From Candidatus Hinthialibacter antarcticus (GTDB lineage: Bacteria > Hinthialibacterota > Hinthialibacteria > Hinthialibacterales > Hinthialibacteraceae): a DNA stretch of 64,000 bases. Under the pieces are notes generated by a model. The model was not told where the DNA came from, ran no database searches, and worked only from the letters and a program-made list of their open reading frames with translations. The number at the start of each line of letters is the position of its first letter. Within the stretch, counting starts at the first letter, position 1. The stretch is taken from the NCBI GenBank assembly GCA_030765645.1, contig JAVCCE010000074.1, positions 41,551 through 105,550 on the forward strand. The letters run 5' to 3'. Below, one piece after another: positions 58,975 to 64,000 of the stretch. Both the position numbers and the translations under genes were made by a program.

Positions 58975-59330
58975 TTTCAAGTAGGGTGGCGTTGAGCGCA
59001 GCGAAACCCACCAATAGAAGCGTATCGAAAAAGCGCATCGAAAACCAAAGGTGGGATTCATTGCATTCATCCCACCCTACGGGGGCTGCTTAGATTGATC
59101 CCCCCAGGTGATTATGAAACCAATCCCGTCGCGGTGAATGCCCCCCTTGAAAAAAGGGGGGTGGCGCTGAAAGCGCCGGGGGGATTCGGGCGCAACACGT
59201 TTTCTTTTCATGCGGCTCACCAGGAGGTTCGCCCTCCCCAGATCATTCAATATATTGGTGGGTTATTATCTACCGCTAATGATGATTGAAACATTGCATG
59301 GTGGGCTGTTCGCGCGAGCCCACCCTACCA
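58975..59330. repeat. Cluster of GGTGGG...CCCACCCTAC hairpins downstream of pyrG (58975-59005, 59071-59102, 59299-59330).
   Basis: GGTGGGATtcattgcattcATCCCACCCTAC and GGTGGGCTgttcgcgcgAGCCCACCCTACC are paralogous hairpins. The first, 'GGGTGGCgttgagcgcaGCGAA', resembles REP motif 1. Confidence 0.45.
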
Positions 59331-59341
59331 GGCTCATTCAA

Positions 59342-59452
59342 TTCAACCAAACAAATAACCGTTCAATTCTTCCCAAATGGTAAGTTTGGGAGGGCGAGGC
59401 TCCCGCCGAGCCGCGAACAACCAAACAAATAACCGTTCAATTTTTCCCAATT
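59342..59452 (+). promoter_or_regulatory. Two 37-bp direct repeats (CAACCAAACAAATAACCGTTCAATT(c/t)TTCCCAA) about 74 bp apart, upstream of speH-speE. The second overlaps a candidate promoter (TTCAAT-16nt-CATAAT).
   Basis: 59342-59378 and 59416-59452 are 35/37 identical. Whether they are operator sites is unknown. Confidence 0.35.
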
Positions 59453-59502
59453 TGAGTCATAATGAGCGTTTGCTACACGACTCGTTGAAGGAAACAGACC
59501 GA

Positions 59503-60741
59503 ATGACCGAACCCACTGCCTATCCCTCAGGCACAGACCTGCGTCTTCTTCTACAAAATTGCCAATGCGGCGACGATTTAATGCGAAAACCGGGCGCCGC
59601 ATCGCCGCTGGTGCGAAAGGCCATTCAGTCGGTCGGCTTTCAGGATTTAACCGAAGCCAATTACGCCTTTGACGAAGGCGGCTATACCCTGGCGATTGTT
59701 CTCGCCGAGTCGCATCTCGTGATTCACACCTGGCCTGAATTTGACAATTTAGTTTTGGTCGATATCAGCGTTTGCAACTACCTGCGGCCCAACCGCGAAC
59801 GCACGCTGCAATTGGGTGAAGAGGTCTGTCGGGTGTTTCAGCCCAAACAACATCTCGTCGAAGAAAGCAGCATGGCGCCGCGCCTGCAAGACAAACTCAT
59901 CGCCGGCCACGGCTACTATGTCGAGATCGACAAACTGGTCGACTCGCGCAAGAGCGAATTTCAATCTATCACGGTGGCGGACACCCCGGTGTTTGGACGT
60001 TCTTTGGTGATCGACGGCGTGTTGCAGGTCAGCGAAGCCGACAGCGCGTTTTATCATGAGCCGCTAGTGCATGTACCGCTGCTGGCGCACCCCAACCCGC
60101 AATCCGTCATGATCTGCGGCGGGGGCGACGGCGTCGCCGCCAAAGATGCGCTGCTGCATCCTTCGGTCGAGCGCTGCGTGATTGTGGATATCGACCCCGA
60201 AGTGGTTGAGGTCTCGCGCCAGACGCTGCAAACGCTTCACCAGGGCGCGCTCGACGACCCGCGCGTGGAAATTCGCATTCAGAACGCCAAAGAACACCTC
60301 GCCCATCTTGATAGAAAATACGACGTGATCTTAATTGACAGCACTGATCCGGTCGGCTGCGGCGAGGCGTTATTTACCCAAGACTTTTACCAGAACCTGT
60401 CGCGCTGTCTGGCGGACGACGGCTGGCTGAGCCTGCATGTAGGTTCGCCTTATATTATAGAAGCAGAGTCGGCCCGCGCGGCGGCCAAAGTCTATCAGGC
60501 CTTCCATCGCGCCGACCCGTATTTGCAATACGTCCCCAGTTACGCATCGGTGATGGGTTTTATGCTGTGCCAGAACCGCGACGAGCGGCTGCCCGGCCCC
60601 GGCGCCATTCAAGAACGCATCGAAGAACGCGGCCTCGACAAACTCGAGCTGCTTACGCCGGAAACCTACGCCGCGATGTTTGCCATCCCGCCCAAATTGC
60701 GCCATGTGTTCCCTCATGTCGCGTCGCGGGTTTTCGCGTAA
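59503..60741 (+). CDS. Fused S-adenosylmethionine decarboxylase (SpeH-type proenzyme) and spermidine synthase (aminopropyltransferase).
   Basis: N-terminal 'LAIVLAESHLVIHTWPE' is the SpeH self-cleavage ES/HTWPE motif. C-terminal 'VMICGGGDGVAAKDAL', 'VIVDIDPEVVEV' and 'ILIDSTDP' are spermidine-synthase motifs. SD AAGGAA with a 9-nt spacer before the ATG at 59503. Confidence 0.8.
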   Translation: MTEPTAYPSGTDLRLLLQNCQCGDDLMRKPGAASPLVRKAIQSVGFQDLTEANYAFDEGGYTLAIVLAESHLVIHTWPEFDNLVLVDISVCNYLRPNRERTLQLGEEVCRVFQPKQHLVEESSMAPRLQDKLIAGHGYYVEIDKLVDSRKSEFQSITVADTPVFGRSLVIDGVLQVSEADSAFYHEPLVHVPLLAHPNPQSVMICGGGDGVAAKDALLHPSVERCVIVDIDPEVVEVSRQTLQTLHQGALDDPRVEIRIQNAKEHLAHLDRKYDVILIDSTDPVGCGEALFTQDFYQNLSRCLADDGWLSLHVGSPYIIEAESARAAAKVYQAFHRADPYLQYVPSYASVMGFMLCQNRDERLPGPGAIQERIEERGLDKLELLTPETYAAMFAIPPKLRHVFPHVASRVFA

Positions 60742-60838
60742 TTTCAACGCCTACTTACCAGTGACGAAACGCAACCAGCGGGCTATTGTATGCGACTAGA
60801 ACGTTTGTCAAAAATATGTGCATAAAGCGCGCCCGCAG

Positions 60839-61023
60839 CCTGCCTGCTGCAGGCAGGGGCTCAGCGATAGATACCGTTACGGAAACTCAATCCGCACAGT
60901 ATTCTGGCAACCACTATAAAATAACCATCTCGAAACCAATTTCGGCATGAGTGCAACTGTGGGAGCGCCTGTGTAACAGGGCCTGGAAGCCCGCACCGAA
61001 GCGAGCAGATTTGTACACATGCC
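60839..61023. repeat. Composite repeat cluster: palindrome CCTGCCTGCTGCAGGCAGG (60839-60857), the 58-bp repeat (60865-60920) and the 80-nt unit copy 3 (60944-61023, inverted relative to copy 1).
   Basis: Each sub-element has paralogs elsewhere in the window, at 6336/35264, 29463, and 5527/35344. Confidence 0.55.
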
Positions 61024-61268
61024 TTTCGCAGCGAATGAGCAAGTAGCATTTAGCATTGAGATGGCGTCTTGGGTTCGCGTAATACAGTCTGCCTGCGCAT
61101 TCAGTCGCAGGGGATTGGGTGGAGCAGCTTTCGGAGTCAGCGGCAATAAGCCGCGACGGAGACAAGCGGAATCCAACCCCGAGATTGAATGCGTCGCACA
61201 AGAACGCACGATTCTATAAAATTACTTTTTTACGGCATTTTCTGAAGGAGCGGGGAGTTATGCCAGAC

Positions 61269-64000
61269 ATTCATGAAGAGCGCATTGCGCCAATCTCGAT
61301 GCGCGTAGCCTTGATCGTCGCGGCGATTGCTTTGTTCGGCGCATTTTTACGCCTCTATCAACTCGATTACATGGCGTTTCACCATGACGAGTCGATCCAC
61401 GCCTATTACGCCCATCAGCTCTATCAGGGCAACATGACCGCCTACAAATACGACCCCACCTATCACGGGCCGTTTTTATATCACTACGGCGCCCTGTTTT
61501 TCATGTTGTTCGGCGACAGCGACATCGCCGCCCGGCTGCCCTTTGTTTCGTTCGGCCTGCTGATGATGTACTTCGTCTGGCGGCTGCGGCCCTGGACCGG
61601 GACCTACGGCGCCTTGTTCTCGATGGCGCTGGTGGCAATCTCGCCGACCATGTCGTATTTCTCCCGCTTCGCCCGCAACGATATATATATAGCGACCGCC
61701 GCGCTGGGGGTATTGCTGTTCGCGTTGGAATTTCTACGCGACCGTAAACATTCACAGCTGGTTTGGATGACCTTCTGGCTGGCTTTAATGTATTGCATCA
61801 AAGAAAACTCGTACATGACGGGCTTCATTCTGGGCTCGTTTGTCACCTTTTACGCAGTCTATTACGTCCTCAGCGCGGGCAGTCTCTTACGAAAAGACGC
61901 GCTGGCCTCGATTTTTGTCGAGCGCTCTCCCTTTGTGAAAATTACCGCGCTGTATGCGCTATTCTCATGCGGCGCATTTAGTTTGGTCTATTTCGTCACC
62001 CGCGCGTTTGGCGCCGGGGCCTATCCCAAAAACCCCAACCGCTCGCTCGACTTGTCGCACATGTACAACCTGCGCACCGCCTGGAGCGAATATATCTCCG
62101 AACACGCTTGGGTGCAGCCGTTTTGGCTCTTCCTGTTCGGCGGATTGACGATCACGCTGCTATTGGCGTTGGCTTGGACGCGCAGCCGTTTCGAGACGGT
62201 GGATTCCTCAGAGCCTCTGCTTTCGCGCATCGCCAAAAACAACCTCGGCGTCTTGACGGCGGTGTTGGTTGCGCTGGCGACCTATGCGTTTCTGTTCACC
62301 ACCATGGGGTATAACTCCAACGGGATGAAAGCCGGCGTGATTGACTACCTGCTCTACTGGATGGGGCAGCAGGACAACCCGCGCATCGCCGGAGCGCCGA
62401 CCTATTTTCTGCCGCGCCTGTTTATTTATGAAATCTCCGCTCTCTTGATTGGAACCATCGCCTATTTGACCTACACCCTGCGCGGCTTCGGCCTGTTGGG
62501 TTGCGTGAGTTTTCAATTTGCGATGGCCGCCGTGGTGTATACCTACAGCCGCGTCATTCTCTATCACGGTTCCAGTTTAATCACCACGCTCCTGGTCGCG
62601 GCCATTTTGTTGATTCTGGCAGGCTTGGCGTTTGTCGGCTCGTTCTTCTTTAATCCATTCAAATCCAACGACCAAAGTTCGGGTACGCAAGACGCCCCCG
62701 CGCTCGCGCCGGACGGCGTACGTACCCTGTTTATCTATTGGACGCTGACCTCGGTGATGATCTACGCCATGCTGCACGAAAAGGTGCCTTGGCTGCTCAC
62801 CCACCAGGCGTTTCCGTTGTTGCTGCTGGCGGGCGTCTTTTTGGGCGACGTGTTTTCGCGGCTGAAACCGGGCGTGTGGCGCCATGCGTTTCTTATCGTC
62901 GTGGTGGTGTTGTTCGCCTATCAAGCCCGAACCTCGATCCTGCTGAACTTTTATAACCCCGACAGCCCGCGCGAACTGATGGTCTATACCCAAAGCGACC
63001 ATAACGTAAAACAACTGGTCGACGAAATGGCGCACGCCGCGTTCCTGCTGGGGCCTGACTACCGCCCGACCAATACCAAAGCGCGTCCCAAGAAACCCAT
63101 TGCAGTGATTCACGACGACCCGGCATCGTGGCCCTATAGCTGGTACTTGCGCAACTACAATTTTCTCACCATCAGCGCACAACAGATGCCGCCCTCAAAC
63201 GCTGAGGACGTTCCCTTCGCCATTCTAAACCCCGGCATCCAAGACCGCATGGCGGCTTGGACCAAAGGCAAATACATCAAACAACAAATGCCGCACCGCG
63301 TCTGGTGGCCGATGGGACAAAAGGAACTGCCCTTCGAATATTACCGCAACCGCAACCGTCCCTTAGACGAAGCCTTTGACGCGCTATGGCGCTATATGTT
63401 GCGCCGCGAAATGTGGAACGAAAACGACCCGTTGCTAAAGCCCGGTTCGTCGGACGTCGTCGTCTACCGCCGCCATCCATTGAAAGACCCCGAGGTCCCG
63501 CCCGAGCTGCCCAAGGGATACGACAAACAACCGCGTCCGCTCGAAGTGACCGCGCAGGTCGGCCGCTTTGGCGCAGGCCCCGGCGAGTTTAACGAACCGC
63601 GCGGCGTCGCTTTGTCTCCTGATGAGAAAACACTTTACGTTGTTGATGCGCGCAACGGGCGGGTGCAGGTGTTCAACGCCGAAAATGATTTGACCTATGT
63701 CGCGACCTATGGCGAGCCGGGAACCGGCGATGGACAGTTCAGCACACAGGGATTCTCTCAATATGACCACGGCCCCAGCGGCGGTATTGCCGTCGCCCCC
63801 GATGGAACCATCTACATCACCGACACCTGGCGATTCGAAGACAAAACAGAACAGATTTTCGGACGCATCGTGCGCTTTACCAAAGACGGCGATCCGCTCC
63901 CCAGCCTGACGCCGCCCGACGGGCCCTTCTTCTTCCCGCGTGGTTTGGCGGTCGATTCGCTGGGCGTACTCTATGTCGCCGACACTGGGGCGAACCGCAT
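61269..64000 (+). CDS. Polytopic membrane GT-C-fold glycosyltransferase-like protein (ArnT/PMT-like) fused to C-terminal NHL repeats; 3'-partial, running off the window.
   Basis: AAGGAG with a 9-nt spacer before ATG. 'FHHDESIHAYYAHQLYQG' is the extracytoplasmic DE motif typical of GT39/GT83 right after TM1. About 12 TM helices. C-terminal 'GEFNEPRGVALSPDEKTLYVVDARNGRVQVF' and 'GDGQF' are NHL repeats. Absent from the ORF track only because no stop lies inside the window. Confidence 0.7.
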   Translation, partial: MHEERIAPISMRVALIVAAIALFGAFLRLYQLDYMAFHHDESIHAYYAHQLYQGNMTAYKYDPTYHGPFLYHYGALFFMLFGDSDIAARLPFVSFGLLMMYFVWRLRPWTGTYGALFSMALVAISPTMSYFSRFARNDIYIATAALGVLLFALEFLRDRKHSQLVWMTFWLALMYCIKENSYMTGFILGSFVTFYAVYYVLSAGSLLRKDALASIFVERSPFVKITALYALFSCGAFSLVYFVTRAFGAGAYPKNPNRSLDLSHMYNLRTAWSEYISEHAWVQPFWLFLFGGLTITLLLALAWTRSRFETVDSSEPLLSRIAKNNLGVLTAVLVALATYAFLFTTMGYNSNGMKAGVIDYLLYWMGQQDNPRIAGAPTYFLPRLFIYEISALLIGTIAYLTYTLRGFGLLGCVSFQFAMAAVVYTYSRVILYHGSSLITTLLVAAILLILAGLAFVGSFFFNPFKSNDQSSGTQDAPALAPDGVRTLFIYWTLTSVMIYAMLHEKVPWLLTHQAFPLLLLAGVFLGDVFSRLKPGVWRHAFLIVVVVLFAYQARTSILLNFYNPDSPRELMVYTQSDHNVKQLVDEMAHAAFLLGPDYRPTNTKARPKKPIAVIHDDPASWPYSWYLRNYNFLTISAQQMPPSNAEDVPFAILNPGIQDRMAAWTKGKYIKQQMPHRVWWPMGQKELPFEYYRNRNRPLDEAFDALWRYMLRREMWNENDPLLKPGSSDVVVYRRHPLKDPEVPPELPKGYDKQPRPLEVTAQVGRFGAGPGEFNEPRGVALSPDEKTLYVVDARNGRVQVFNAENDLTYVATYGEPGTGDGQFSTQGFSQYDHGPSGGIAVAPDGTIYITDTWRFEDKTEQIFGRIVRFTKDGDPLPSLTPPDGPFFFPRGLAVDSLGVLYVADTGANR

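Noticed and set aside
61501-63770. Many minus-strand ORFs of 60-200 aa (61501-61755, 62208-62567, 62577-63182, 63435-63770 and others).
   Set aside because: All lie antisense to the long uninterrupted plus-strand GT-C/NHL ORF starting at 61269, which has strong membrane-protein and NHL sequence signatures. The antisense frames are Arg-rich GC artefacts.

Overview
This is a 64-kb chromosomal window from a GC-rich (about 55-60%) Gram-negative bacterium. Gene content suggests a Planctomycetota-like or PVC-type lineage: three Tat-signal Gfo/Idh/MocA oxidoreductases, a tandem-DUF1080 protein, a prepilin-type pseudopilin, a SecDF fusion and giant secreted proteins.

Most of the window is core metabolism and envelope biogenesis:
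- lptD, lon, accA, lpxB and a fused secDF.
- An amino-acid block on the minus strand with cimA, lysC, an ApgM-like protein and hom.
- A second block with argF, argD, argB and hisG.
- pyrG, a fused speH-speE, and tRNA-Cys(GCA) next to rmuC.

What stands out is a dense layer of small structured repeats over this housekeeping backbone:
1. An AT-rich islet (about 17.0-19.4 kb) carries a REP-associated tyrosine transposase (RAYT, IS200/IS605 HuH class). REP arrays bracket it, including two copies of a roughly 65-bp block, and related 'GGGTGGCAAG...CTTGCCACCC' hairpins occur at least four more times in the window.
2. A 163-bp MITE-like element at 10204-10382 has perfect 19-bp terminal inverted repeats and an 8-bp target-site duplication (CTCAAAAA).
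3. An 80-nt element with terminal inverted repeats occurs three times (5527-5606, 35344-35423, 60944-61023). The first copy sits inside perfect 22-bp TIRs.
4. A 19-bp palindrome (CCTGCCTGCNGCAGGCAGG) occurs three times, and a 58-bp repeat is shared between 29463-29520 and 60865-60920.

Other notable loci:
- An Asp-rich (poly-D) protein follows a DPPR-synthase-like UbiA prenyltransferase and faces a convergently transcribed FAD oxidoreductase.
- Two GT-C-like polytopic membrane proteins are present, one fused to NHL repeats.
- Lon carries a histone-H1-like Lys/Ala-rich N-terminal extension.
- A 2147-aa secreted protein with TSP3-like calcium-binding repeats sits in an apparent operon with a PpiC-type PPIase and a Wzz-like co-polymerase.
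- The ApgM-like gene in the hom-X-lysC operon is probably the non-canonical homoserine kinase.

No CRISPR array or rRNA was seen. All calls rest on reading the sequence and ORF translations by eye. No database search was run.
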